Shown here: positions 1 to 13,400 of the stretch, piece after piece
Layout: each line of letters starts with the position of its first letter
Numbering within the stretch: position 1 is the stretch's first letter
Assembly (NCBI GenBank): GCA_050273025.1
Contig: CP158635.1
Location: 6,634,001-6,698,000 of the forward strand
Direction of reading: 5' to 3'
From: Cenococcum geophilum
Lineage: Eukaryota
DNA: 64,000 nucleotides
Position numbers and translations under genes: made by a program
The notes under the pieces: model-generated
Told to the model about the DNA's origin: nothing
Seen by the model: the letters and a program-made list of their open reading frames with translations, nothing else
Database searches by the model: none

Positions 1-149
1 GACCTTGCATAAAGCAACACGGCCCCGAATTCCCTTTGCTTCGAGGAACGCAATTAACAATACAAAATACGGATCCCACTCGAACTCTTCTCTCTCCTTG
101 GAGATGTAGTACGTCCATACAGAACATTCCTCAGGAGTAAAGCCATTGA

Positions 150-631
150 GCTTCGGTTGCATCCCAAACCTCATTAGCTTAACTCAACACTTTATCAAGC
201 GATATCAAGTTGAGCAGTAGACTCTTGCCGAAATATCAAATGTGAGAACGCGGTCCGGTCGCCGAGGATGGCAGGCTGGCAAATTTTCGTGCCATTCATG
301 CTGGACTTGTGACTCAGTAGGGGTAAGCTAAGGTTCCTGAAGAGCATTTACAGTGCTTTCTCACAGGTAATGCCGAAGGGCTGCACGGATGGTTGACTTT
401 GGCAACGCAGAGCTGCCTGGTAAACTGGTGCGCTGCCTCTTTGGGTTTAGCGGGATCTTTCCTCCCATATCGAGCTGTTGTCACATGAATGGTGCTTTGA
501 TTAACATTTGGTTGCTGAACTACTCATGGCCCGCGTTCTACATCATGCTCAGCTTATTCCACTCTATTTGGACGCTCGGAATGGAGGACATCGATAAGGC
601 CGCTGAAATGATGCAGCGGATAGAAGGCTGA
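150..631 (+). pseudogene. Possible degraded fragment of a TPR-like repeat protein
   Basis: Short peptides in different frames (NLISLTQHFIKRYQVEQ; TLGMEDIDKAAEMMQR) loosely resemble fungal TPR/CHAT-type repeats but are broken by stops. Weak. Confidence 0.2.
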
Positions 632-829
632 AGCGGTCTGGAGTACGCCACTAATTATCTCTATGCGCCACACAGGGAGCTTGGACTCTAGAGAACCTTC
701 TTGATAACTGTGTATGCTCCCCTTTTCCCAACATCGAGCAACTTCACAAGTTCACATTAACAGAAATTCCGAACCTCGAGCGGCTTTCTTCAAGTACAAT
801 CCGCGGCACCTTTTATCTACTAGGCAGGC

Positions 830-3800
830 GCAACTTTATTTACTTTATCGAGCTATATATTATCTCCTACCCTTCGCCGCTTAAAGACGCAGCACCATAG
901 CCTACCAAACTTATACTCTTTACTCTCGCGGGTATATTCAAATTTATAGCCATCCATATATATACAGACTTACTTAATAGTGCATAGCGTATCGTACCTA
1001 CAGTTTTTATCAGGTTAATCCATAGTTAGAATACTCCTAATAAATACAGTATTAAGAACGCTCTTATAGGTCCTAATGCTAATAGGGTCTACAACTCTCT
1101 GGTATACCTTCTCTTATTACTATCCTTTATCCTTTAAGCACCATCCTACTTTCGCCGACGCTTTATTAACGGAAAGCACCCTAGTCTCCTTTCTATAATT
1201 ATTTAGCTAAATCCGGCACTCTTCTAGTATATCTTTACAACAACCTTACCATAGATTCTTAAGCCCAATTCGGCTAAAATGCGGTTACTCCCGCTGTTTT
1301 AGTATATAATGTCGCCTAGAATAGCAATCCCTCCCCTAGGTTTGTCTATAATCCTCTAGCCCAGCCGCACTATAAAGGAGATTAAGTAAATAAAGAGTAG
1401 AAGCGGCTAGGAACTTAATCTATTTAATTTATATAACAACTATAGAGCGACTAATCTTAAGAATGCCTAGGATACTTATTCCAATTGCACTCTAGATTTA
1501 GAGTTGGGCGACTTTTTAGTTAGGTCGGAACTCTAAAAGCATCTTACGATAATATTATACGCATTTTTGGTTCCTAGGGAATTATTACCAAAAGCTAGAT
1601 TCGTACCAATCCAGAATTTTTAGCAACTTTTTTGCTATAGGGTTAGCTATTACTACTAGGTTTATTTAAGTTATTACTAGCCAAGAGGTGTTAAAGCACT
1701 CTAGAAATAGCCAGCCACTCTACAACACTAGAGGTTTATTAGTATTAACGGCAGAAGGCATCCGCCTTCTCTATATCCTACCATTATAATTAGAATCGGA
1801 TCTAATATAATACGCATTAAAATAGTATAAATTCACTTTATTGCCTAATTATAAAGCAATCTTATATAACTAGGGCTCTCTAACGCTTTTATACACGATC
1901 TTAGTAAACAATAAACAGCTAGAGGTCCCCTAGAGTACCTATAATATTCTCGTTTAGGCTTAATTATTATAGTTAAGGCAAGTAGTCTAGATAGACGCTA
2001 TATATATTAACTAGTCCTCCTTAGTTAACAAGTCCGCCTAAATTCTACTTATATACTTAATCTATAAGCAAGCCAATAGGGTTATTATCTAGCTTAGTCC
2101 GTATAATATTACCTCTACCGCCCTTACCACTTAACTAGTTAACTAGCTATTCACTATTAATCGCTTATAGTATTCTTAGAAGATAGATAAGTCGTTACTA
2201 TATAAGATTCCTCCCGTCGCAGCCTTAACTTTAAGGGAAATGCTAGCCTGGCTATACCCTTTATATCCTATATACCGTACCCTCTACTTTAAAAGTAGGT
2301 AAATATTGTAAGGAACTAGGCTTTTGCGCGGTATAGAAAAAATATTATATAAAGTAAAACTTTACGCTATAGTAAGGTAATCTAATCGCCCTATTATAAA
2401 GCCTAATAAACAGTTAGGCCGCCTTCCTAACTTATTATTATAAGTTAGTTAAAGCTCCTTTCTATTTATACTTAGTAAGAAATACCTAATTTATACTATA
2501 AAAGTTAACTAGGTTGTTATTTAAAGCATATTAGATATAAGACTCTAAACTATTTCGCGTTTTTTAGGGAAGTAAGGTGTGTATAAAAGCTAAACAGTTT
2601 TATTAAACTAATATACTTATTCTCTACCTATTTTATAAAAAAGTAAATAAAAACGCTATAAGTTAAGTAGTAGCTCCTAAGATAATCTGGATCTTAAAAG
2701 GGATCATATTAAGCTCTATACTATAACTATCTCTATTAAAAGGTAAGGCTGTTATTAATATGCCATAGTATAACCTATTATTATTAATTTCGATAACGTT
2801 ATCCTAATAAATAGTCCCGTTTTTATTAAACGAAAGCCTATAAACCTTAAGCGACCCTAAGACATTTAAAACCTATACTTAAAAGAAATATATATATTAC
2901 TTAGACAAATAACCGCTATAGGATAACTTTAGATAATATATAAAGTAGCTACTTAGCCTAGTTAATATAAAGATATACTGTATTACTTAGATATATTTTA
3001 TCGTATAAGTAATAATAGGCTTTATACCTAAAGAGCTCTATTTTTTTCCCTAGCCGGAAATAAATATAAGTGGTTTAAATATACTAATAAAGTATACGTA
3101 GAAAGAGGTAATTACTATTATAAACCGTTACAAAAACCTAATAAATAGAGCATTAAGTATGCTACTAGGGCCAGTAGTACATAAGGTTTGCAGTTCTTAG
3201 ATTTAGTAGCACTATACTAACCGATTTTCTAGCTATATGACTAGCTTAGCGTGTTCTAGTGTGTTATAATAAATATAGTACGCGATACCATTGCTAGGAA
3301 CTATAACTACCTTAAGCTAGATACTAAGGCCGTAGTAAAGAAAGTAGTGGAACTACTTAAGGATAACCGCTTTACGCTTAGTAGCCTAGTTAGTACTCTA
3401 CCTTTTACTCTACCTAACTAACTAAGGCTAAGATAGAGAGATAAGATTTAGGGCGCCGATTATTACACGCTGTATTAAGCACGTATTCTTTAATGCTAGG
3501 CTAAGGTTACTTACCCTTAATAAAAATAGTGCTAACCTTTTCTCGCCTATTACAGCTAATATAATATAGCTTATATATATAGCAATTTAATATATGTTTA
3601 AGGACTATAAAAGCGGAATATAAGTTATTTATAAGTTTAAAGCTAACGCTATAGTTATAGGTAAAACTATAGAAAGCCTCTTACTATACTTACTAAAGCG
3701 TATTATAAATAGCTGGGAGCGACTATAAAATACCTAAAAGAGCTATTAACCTAAGTATAATAAAAGGCTATATAGGCTACTTTTATAATAAGTTAATAAG

Positions 3801-5292
3801 ATATAGAATATAACTAGAGATAAAATGCTATAAACTTAATAGGTAATTAGTGATCCTTTTAAGGATACTATAGAAGATTTAGAGGAACTAGATCCTAAGT
3901 ATAATAACGGGTTTACTTAATAACCGTATACTATAAGTATAAATATATTATATTATATTAATCGTATTATAACGTTATATTGCGATACTTACTATATACT
4001 ATAGCACTTTACCGCCGTTTCCTATATTATAATATCCTACTATTTTAATTGTTATATATAGGCTAATAAAGATAATATAATAGGACAATAGTAGCCTAGT
4101 GTACTTGTTATTAAGAATAATCCCTAAAACCATATATAAGGTCTTCTCGCAGTATACTAATAAGACGATTTTAATACTATATAACTATAATATTAATGCT
4201 ATCTAAGCGCGCCTTAAACAAATTTAAGGTAATAATAAATAGGAAATAGGAATTAATTACCGCATCTTATGGTATACTTTTGCTGGCGAGTTTAAGGTTA
4301 TAGATATTACGGATAGTGCTATACTAGAGGATATAAAGGCCCGCTTATAGAGTGGAGATAAGCAGGTAATACTAGAATTTGCTAATAAAGAGAATAAGAG
4401 TAAAGAAGGCAGTAGAATAGATAGGGAAAATAATAGTAATAAAGAGGATAAGAGTAGAGAAAGTAGCGGGATAGATAGGGAAAATAACGGCGAGAATAAA
4501 AACGATTAGGGGTTTAGTAGTATAGTACTACTATTACGGCAGAACTAATGTAAATATTAAACTTAAATAGTAGGTTAACTAAAGGGCGTTATTAGGCGTA
4601 TTAAGGTTATATTATACTACTATTAGGTTAAAATATATTCTTTATATAGTGTATACTAGGCGTGTAAAATAAGCAGAGAACACTAACTGCGTAGAATAAG
4701 TAAAGGGTACTAACTGCGTAGACTAAGTAAAGTATACTAATTACGCGAAATGAGTAAATACTACCAACTACGCAGATTAAGTAAATACTATTAAGTGCGC
4801 GGGATAAGTACTTAATAAAAACCGCGTAGGAAGAGCAACGCCTATCTATTACTTAAAGTAAGCAAGATATACAGAATACGCGAGGAGGGCATTATACGTT
4901 AATTACGCAAAATAAGTAAATACTACTAACCGCGTAGACTAAGTAAATACTATTAAGTACGCGGGATAAGTACTTAATAACAACCGTGTAGGAAGAGCAA
5001 CGCCTGTCTATTGCTTAAAGTAAGCAAGATATATAGAATACGCGAGAAGGGCATTATACGTTAATTGCGTATTAAGTGTAAAAAAGGCTTAATAGAATAA
5101 AGGCACTACTTACCTAGGTGGCTATAAATGCGCAATTAGCTATACCGCGTTGTTGGTTTCTATTAAATGCGGCATTATACCGCACCTAAGTTGATACTAT
5201 ACGCTATACGTTACAATGCGCGAAATGTGTATTTGGCCGCAATATGCTGCCAAATGCTGCAAAAATGCTAGTAAATTTTTTCCTAACGTAGT
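830..5292 (+). mobile_element. RIP-degraded repeat, possibly a CACTA/EnSpm-like DNA transposon remnant
   Basis: Abrupt switch to AT/TpA-rich, stop-riddled sequence at ~830. Subterminal 27-bp tandem repeats at 4681-5070. The segment ends in ...tttttcctaacgtagtc, one base from a CACTA-type ...GTAGTG end. The family assignment is inference. Confidence 0.35.
4681..5070. repeat. 27-bp tandem repeat with a 162-bp (6x27) higher-order duplication
   Basis: Monomers such as cactaactgcgtagaataagtaaaggg and tactaactgcgtagactaagtaaagta. The aattRcg anchor recurs at 4739, 4901 and 5063 (period 162). Confidence 0.85.
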
Positions 5293-5309
5293 CGCGAGCC
5301 TAACTTTCC

Positions 5310-6050
5310 TATAGGCGATATAGTCTAGGTTGTAATAAAGAACTAAAAGATAGAACGGCCTAGCTATAAGCTAGACTATCAGATAATAGGACTATATAAG
5401 ATTCTTAAGAAGATTGGCAACTTATATAAAGTAAAGCTCCCAAATTTAATAAAGGTTTACTCTATTTTCTTACTAGATAAGCTATAAAAAGCTATAGACA
5501 ACCTATTACCCGGATAAAAGAATAAACTTCCCCTGCTAATTTAAGTTAATAGCGACAATAAATAAAAAGTTAAACAAATTCTGGCCTATAAACTTGCGAG
5601 GGGAACGCTAAAGTATTATATTAGCTAAAAAGGATATAACCTAGACCTTATTTAGTACTCTATATAAAACTTTATAGGTAGTCCCTATAAGCTTTAAAAG
5701 TTCTATAGTTGTTACCCTAATAAACCTAAACCACTAAAATACTTAGATAAATAAATAGAATGCTAGTATAATAAAGACAATAAGCTACTGGAAAAGTATA
5801 AAGATAAAAACGCCCTATAGGTATAATACGGACTATAAAGCCTAAGGGCAGGCTTTTATAGAGGGGGGAGTAATATTACAGTACTAGCAAATTGCTATAA
5901 ATTGCCGTAGATTATCGTTATATAACGTAAAGATTGTATAAAATATTAAGCGGCGCTAGTCTTCTTCTCCTTTCTTCTCTTTAGCTTTGGATCCTTATTA
6001 TAAACAATCCAATTATATAGGCTTGCATGCATCCTTCTTGCTATACTTAT
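5310..6050 (+). mobile_element. 3' fragment of a chromodomain-containing Ty3/Gypsy LTR retrotransposon (integrase C-terminus, chromodomain, PPT, start of 3' LTR), RIP-mutated
   Basis: De-RIPed reading resembles KNWKTERPSHKLD...GPYKILEKIGNSYKVELP...EWEVEQILA...LKY.VSWKGY.PD..W. A polypurine tract agaggggggag at ~5860-5870 is followed by an LTR-like start at ~5874. The right boundary is approximate. Confidence 0.8.
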
Positions 6051-6237
6051 ACCTTAATTAACTAAGTCGCTAATAGGGCCCGTCCTAGTAGAGAATCCTA
6101 ACTATAGCGACTCTAGATAAAATGCCCTAGATATAAATAGAAGACGTGTATAAGTTACTAGATAAGCTATAAAAGGGTTAATAATAGTATAATATAACTA
6201 CGGACACTTAAACTATAGAGTAACTTGCCTTCTATTT

Positions 6238-6453
6238 TGTTGGTTATATAAGGGGATATTACGTAGCTACGGTTCATAGATAGTATAATGATTGTTCTAT
6301 GTTCTTCTTAAAGAAAGGGGTAAGGAACTTAAGGTTCCTTACCACGCTAGTGCCGCGGCGGCACGTAATGGTAACTTGCCGCACGTAACGGCAACTTGCT
6401 ATATATGACGGCAATATACCTTATATAGTAACTATTTGCCTTTATTCCCAATA
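6238..6453 (-). repeat. Copia 3' LTR
   Basis: tgttgg...cccaata, near-identical to 17693-17908; a purine-rich tract adjoins it on the minus strand. Confidence 0.92.
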
Positions 6454-9400
6454 CTAGCAACTCTTTTTTTATAGTTGCTATCTATATATATATACCGCTT
6501 AACTAGCAAAACAAAAATTAATTCTCCTTACTTACTATTACCATTATAATATAAGTCTCGCTATCCTAAAATTTGCCTCTTAGCATATAGTGCTTCCTTA
6601 CTTATAAGTTATAGGTAGGTATCTTATTAGTAGGGCTGCTAAGGCGCTAGCGGTAAGCGAGCCAATAGCGATTTTCTATCCCGGGGATAGAAAATCCTAA
6701 TTAGCTAGTTTAAGTTAGGGTCTGCAGAATCTAACTAATTAGATAACTTTAACCGCCGGTTAAAGTTCCTAGATATCTTAAGACCTTACGTAACTAAGAA
6801 ATTTCTAAGGACTCCCTTTTAACCTAACCTTTAACTTATACACGTAAAGTATTTATATTAATAAACGTCTCTAGTGCCTTATTTAGGTTCGCCTTTATTA
6901 TTATATCTACCAGGTTATCTTAGCCATTAATCTATTAAATCTTAAAGAGTTTTTAACGCTTATAGGATTACCGAAGTGCTATAATATTAATTATAAGGCG
7001 CTTCTTCTTTATAGTACCAAGCTTAACTAAATACTTATAGAGGGAAAATAAATTAGTGCACACGATTATAGGGATAATAGGAAGTTTAAGTTAATCTATA
7101 ATTATCTTTAGGGTAGTTTTAATTATAATTACTATATTAACTTAGCTAACTATTTTATATATCTCTAATACCAAAACACTTTAGGTAATACGCTTACTCT
7201 TAGTTAAGCTCTAATAGATAAGATTATCATAGATTATAAAGTTATTCTCTTTAGTAAATTCGTTTATAATAATAATCTTATATCCTAACTAGGAGCTAAA
7301 ATCTTTATTATTTATAAACGATCTATTAATAAATATAAAGAGCTTAGCGGTAGGAAGATTAATAGGCATATAAAGTAGTCCCCAATCAAGATAGTTTATT
7401 TACTAGAAAAGACGCTTATTTAGGGCAAAGATATTATTTTTAATTAGTTTCTAGTGTTAAGCCGTAATAAAGAGATTAAATAAAGCCTTAGGTTAATAGA
7501 TAGAAGCAATATAAGCTCTGCAAGCACGTTACTCTATATATCCTTACTTTAGAGAATTAACGTTAATAACGTTAATCTTCTTACCTTAACCCTTTTGGCG
7601 TAAAGCAATGGAATCCTTGTTTAGGGAAAGGATGCATCTATTAAAGAGTAATAGTATTGTTAAGTTAAGCTTTTCCTTTAGCTTTGCTATAAGATTTACC
7701 TTTACTAGCTTATCCTCTTTAAGAGCTAAGAATTAGTCGTCTCCTAAGATAATTATATTATTAGTTTATATACTAACAATTCTAAATAGGGTTCCTATAG
7801 TTGTAATAAGGAAGCAGGGATTAAATATAGAAGTAGTTATTAAAAGCTTCTCTTTATAGTGCTTGCTATAGGTAGCCTACTAGTGAGTTCCTACCTCTAT
7901 AATTCTATATAATGGCTTAAGTATAACTATAATTATATCTTTAGGATACTAGTGGCGAATTTACTCTAGAAGGTATGCTAATATTAAGCGCTAAAGGTAT
8001 GTCTTTAATTAGGTGTAGGCTTAAGTAATATCTTATAAATAAACTGCTATTCTATTCTTTATTAAGGAGGGAGCTAATATAATAATAACTTACTAACTAG
8101 CTTGTTAAATTATAGGAGATTATATAAGAATTATCTCTTTACTATTATTATTATAACCTTAGATAATAAGCCTTAATTTCTTAAATAGGGCGTTAGTAGC
8201 TTTACCCTTAATCTTATTAACTATTCTTAACTTAAAGATGCAAACTCTATTAAACTTAGTAGGGTTATATTTCTTAAATTTAAAGACTCCTCTTATAATA
8301 AGACCGTCGATCTCCTACTTATCGGATGCTTAGAAAGGAGCTCCTAGGGTTATAATATAACCTTCCTTTTAGAGCTATTTTGCGAGCTTAAAGTCAGCCT
8401 TCTCTTTAGCTATTATAAAGGCCATTAATAACTTAACTTTATTCTTAATGGCGGTAATAAATTATTCTTTAAAATTAATAAGGTATTAGCGATTTTGTAA
8501 TTCCTTTAGGCGACCTCTACCGCGTTATAGTTATGGCGCATCTACTATAATTATATTAGGATTATAGTCGCCTTTTAGAGTATATTAATCGTAGTTTTCT
8601 TCTAGGGTATCTTCTGGGGTATCCTATAAAGGCTTAAAATTATTATTTTTATAGTAAGGCTTAATAATAGTTAAACGGAATTAGGTGGGTCTATAAGGCA
8701 TCTAAATAGTATAAGTTTAACTATTAATTACAATAAGTTAATATGGGCCTAACTATCCTCCCCTTTTACGCCATATGTATACTTTAGACTAGAGTAGTAA
8801 ATTAAGCGTAGTTAAGGTATTTAGGCCATTTCTTATTCCTAGTACATTATTAACCTGGCGTATAGCATAAAGGCGTTACACCTCCTTTATTGCCTTATAA
8901 ATTGCCTTAGCTTATTATATAATAGAGGGAGATAGTAAAAAATTATTAGTTATTTATGGGTAGGCGCCAAAGACTAGTAATATAGGTATAAGTCTATCTG
9001 GGCTAGCGGAATTATTAATAGCTTTAACAGCCATTTATAAGGTAAGTTCTTTACTAGCGTCCTTTAGTTTTAAAGAGATAATCTTATATACACGGCGTAA
9101 TAGCGTATAATATCACTCTACTTTTCTAATACTATTATATACCTTAATAGGGACTTCCTTAACCTTAATTACTATTACCTTTATTTATTATCGGAACTCT
9201 ATAAATAAAAAGTTCTTTTCTATATTATAGACGATTTAATTAGGGGGTCCTAGGTAGACATTAATCTAGTATAACTAAAGGGTATCCTATACGTTTCTAG
9301 CTAATATATCCTTTAAAAATTATGCGGCTTAGAAGGAGGTTAAGAAGTTAATAACTTAGAGTACTAGCTTACCGCTAAAATATATAACGTTAACGATAAT

Positions 9401-10481
9401 ACAGAAGTTAAAGTTATAGTTATCTTTAAGGGTAAACTTAAATCGGCTAGGGGACCTCTGGTTTATTTAGCAGTAATAATAGTATTTTATAAAATACTTA
9501 ATTGCCTTAACCTTAACTTTATAGCCTACTCACTAAAGAACCCTAAGTAATTAGTAAACTAATAGGTAACTAAAACAATGGTGTAGTTGGCGTAACTCTA
9601 ACTTAGTTAAATAGCTTTAAGCAACACTCTTTTCTAGTTATTAAAAGAGCAGCTAAGGGTAACCCTACTTACGTATAATAGGCACCCAATTATCTCCCTA
9701 TATAAGTATATTCTTAAAGTTATTAAGCTTAACGCCTAGTTTATCTATATCTTTAATGCAAAATAAAAATAGGGTATTTATAGGAATAACGTAAAAAGTA
9801 ATATACCCTAAGGGGGTTTAAACCCTAATTATGCCGAGAGAGATTATAGTACCTTTACTAAAACGAATCGTGTATTAGCCTACCGTTAAATAGTTAATCT
9901 AAATAGAGCTATTAAGCTGCTAAAGGGCTCGAACTTAAGGTTCTTCTACTATAGATACTCCTACGGCTCTAGTATCCGGCATAATACTATAGAAGACGTT
10001 TACTAAGTATCTATTATTAAAGGAAAACGCGGAGCTCTCCTTTAGCTTATTAAAGATATCTAACTTCGTAATAAAATAGAGCGTAGATTAGTTATTAAGA
10101 ACAGCGACGGTTTATATACTATTTACCTTACCATACTTAGTAAAGTATTGGTTAGGTAAGTAGTCCTTAATTTCTATATTTATAAGGAGCTGTTTGGTCT
10201 CATTAACCTTACCCTTAAGATCTTTTATACCTTTATATTAAACCAAGAAGCTTTAGAAGTAGGCCGTAGTAACCTTATAATTTCCAACATTTTTTATACT
10301 CTAACGGAACTTATTATATACCTCTTTTCACTTATTAAGGGAGTGTCTAGTTAACCAATAATTTGGCTTCTTATAAATATAGTACTTTTTCTAGCGATTA
10401 CTTTAAAATAAACCTCTACTAGGGCCTCTACGGTTGCCTTATAGTTAATATTAATTATACCTTCTTCTATATTCCCTACTA

Positions 10482-13400
10482 AGAAGTGGCAGTCCCACTA
10501 AGAAGTCCTTAATAATCTTAACCTAAGAAAGGAGCTCTTGCTGCACCTGGCCTAAAAAGACCAAAACCAACCAAAAGAACCCTAAAAAACACCCAGAGAA
10601 TCCCCCTAAGATGCATGCATCGCAGGGAAGGCACACGTTAAACGACGGTGGCTCGCACTCGCGCGCGACCGCTAGAACTACGCCTAGCAATAGCCCTCTA
10701 TAACAAAGACAGGCGAATACCACACTATAAAGCGGAAATACCTCTATTAAGAAGGCATCTGATAAAATATAAAGCCTATTAGACGCGTCTAGTATTTAAA
10801 ATTGTGGGGGAGTAACTATTAGCCATAATAAACTAATACAGCTAGTAGAATAGCTCCGCTAGTTTAGCGAACCTTAGGCGCCCCTCTAGCAAACCCTTAA
10901 TTAAATCCTCTAATGGCTAAGTAAAATTAAAAACAAGTATAACCCCCCCTTACCAGCAAACCGCACCTAGGCTGCTATAGTGGCGCTTTTATAGCATAGG
11001 GAACCTACCCCCCTTAAGTTAATAACTGGGTATATAATTATAATATAACCAAATACAGAATAAGTAGAGGGGCTTAAGGGACAATTAGAAATAGAAGTCC
11101 TTATAAAGATATATAAAGAGGTCTATAACGCTATTATAGTCTAATACCTTAAGAGCGGAGATATTAGAGTTACCTTAAAGGACTAATAGGCAAAGGAATA
11201 AGCCGTAAGGGCAGGGGATAGGCTAGGAGAATGTATTGGTATAAAAGTACTCTGTAAGGATTACCTAGTTAAAGTCCTAGCAGTTCCTATAAGCCTTAGG
11301 GTAGAAAAGGGACGCTAGGTAGACAATATAGCAATTATATAGGAGATAGTAAGACAAACGGAACGCCTTATACTAGGATTTAAAATTACCTAAATCCAAT
11401 AGCTTTAATAGAAAAATGTAAACTAAGTATATAATAAGAATAACGAGAGGATATAAGGGTCGCCGGAGACTCGCTAGGGAGACGCCGGACGAACGTATAG
11501 CTCCCTTATTATTAGTACACATATACTAGGAATGCAAAAACTCCTTATCTAAAAAGGAATAATTATAAATGGCCTTATATACAATATAAGGCTCTATAAC
11601 TATAGACTACGCCTAGAATAATGCTATCGCTATATATAATAGGGATACACTTAATCTATATACGCAGTATAGGCGTGCTGCGGCCACTGTGCAGGCCCCT
11701 ATAATATAAGATATTACTTAAATTAAGACTAAACAAAATACGCGAACTGCCACCAAAGCACATATAAAGCGTGGGAGAGAGAAAACTACATTAAATATAG
11801 GAGACGGAAGGTAAGGGCTTAATAGCTGCGGGAATAACTGCACGCTAGGTTATATAAATGGAAACAACAGGTAATAAGCTAGGGGGACGCAGGCGCCTTC
11901 CTAGTGTTTCCTACCTTTAATACTAGAGGGCTAGGCCAGCCATCCCAAGCCTTAACGGGCTAGAAGCGACGCCGTGCGATATTACTAGACCGATTAGGGA
12001 TATAAGGGTCACAGGGGACACAAGGGAGAGGACGCCCCGTAGGAAGACCCCTATAGACAGCAATAGCAGGCTTAAGACCAGGACAATTAAGAATTAGACT
12101 TAATACGGCAAATATAACATTCGCAGCCAACCCATAAAGGGTATATAGCCGACTAGTAAGAATAGGGGAAGAACCGGTAATAATAATAGATTTAGATATA
12201 GAAGCGCTAATAGGAATATAAGATATAGGAATAGAAAGCTCTATATAAAATAAGTAGTAACTAGGGTATAAACACAAGAGATAGAAGCTCTAAATATCCT
12301 AGAGAAAGTAGAAATAGAAGAAGTAAGGAATAAAGGAAAGTTAAAGGACCCTTACTGGGGGTCCGCCACCTATCCATTATATAATATAACTGCGGCAACA
12401 CAAACTACTGCCTTGTAAGGCCCCTACTAGACAGTCTAGACCTAGAAAAACACTATATCCTTACTATACAAGAACCGTATTACAATACCTTTACACAATC
12501 AACATACTGCCCTTAAGGATTCTAGCTCCTATACGAACCAAAAGCAGCTATACACGTATGCTTTATAATTAGTAAGGCTATTAGCCTATTCTTATAGTTA
12601 TAGCAGGCAGTTAACCTAGATATTATAGTTATAATAATCCAAATATATAGGGGACTGGTATAAATTATTAATGTATATAACCCTAGGGTCGAAGGGGTCC
12701 TATAAACAGAGAATATTATATCGGTAATAAGCTTACTAGAAACTAAAGGTATAGAGTCTATCCTACTAGGAGACATAAACCTCTACCACCCGCGGTAGGG
12801 GGGTATCCATATTACTGCAGATTAACAGTTAGAGTGCCTACTAAGAGCTATAGATATTTAGGGCCTTAAGCTAGCCACCCCCCTAGGAGCAATTATATAG
12901 CAATAAGGCACCACTAGAAGCATAATTAACCTCATATTTATAGACGAAGGCCTATATTAGAGACTTAAAAGGTACAACCCTAAAGAAGAATAGGCACTTA
13001 CCCTAGACTATATCCCTATCCAAATACAGCTAGACCTAGATACTAAAGCGCAACTAAATAAAAAAAGATACGCAATAAGGAAGCTTAAGACAGATAGTTT
13101 CCTTAATACAGTTAAACAACAACTCTAAAACCTAAAAGAAATCCACTTAATACCAAACAAGCGAGGCTTATTAGCTACCCCCAAGGAAATCAACCAAAGA
13201 CTAGAAAGGATCCAGGCAGCGATTAAAAATAGGCTAGAAGAGCACTACCTAATCTTAAAACCGGGCCCCTACGCGCGACACGTATAGTCTACATAATACG
13301 TAGTTCTGGTTACCAGCTAATAATAAGCAAGAAGGAAATATATAAGCAGCCATAACCCTAAAGATAAGAGACGATATAAAGACACAAGAAACCAGCTAAA

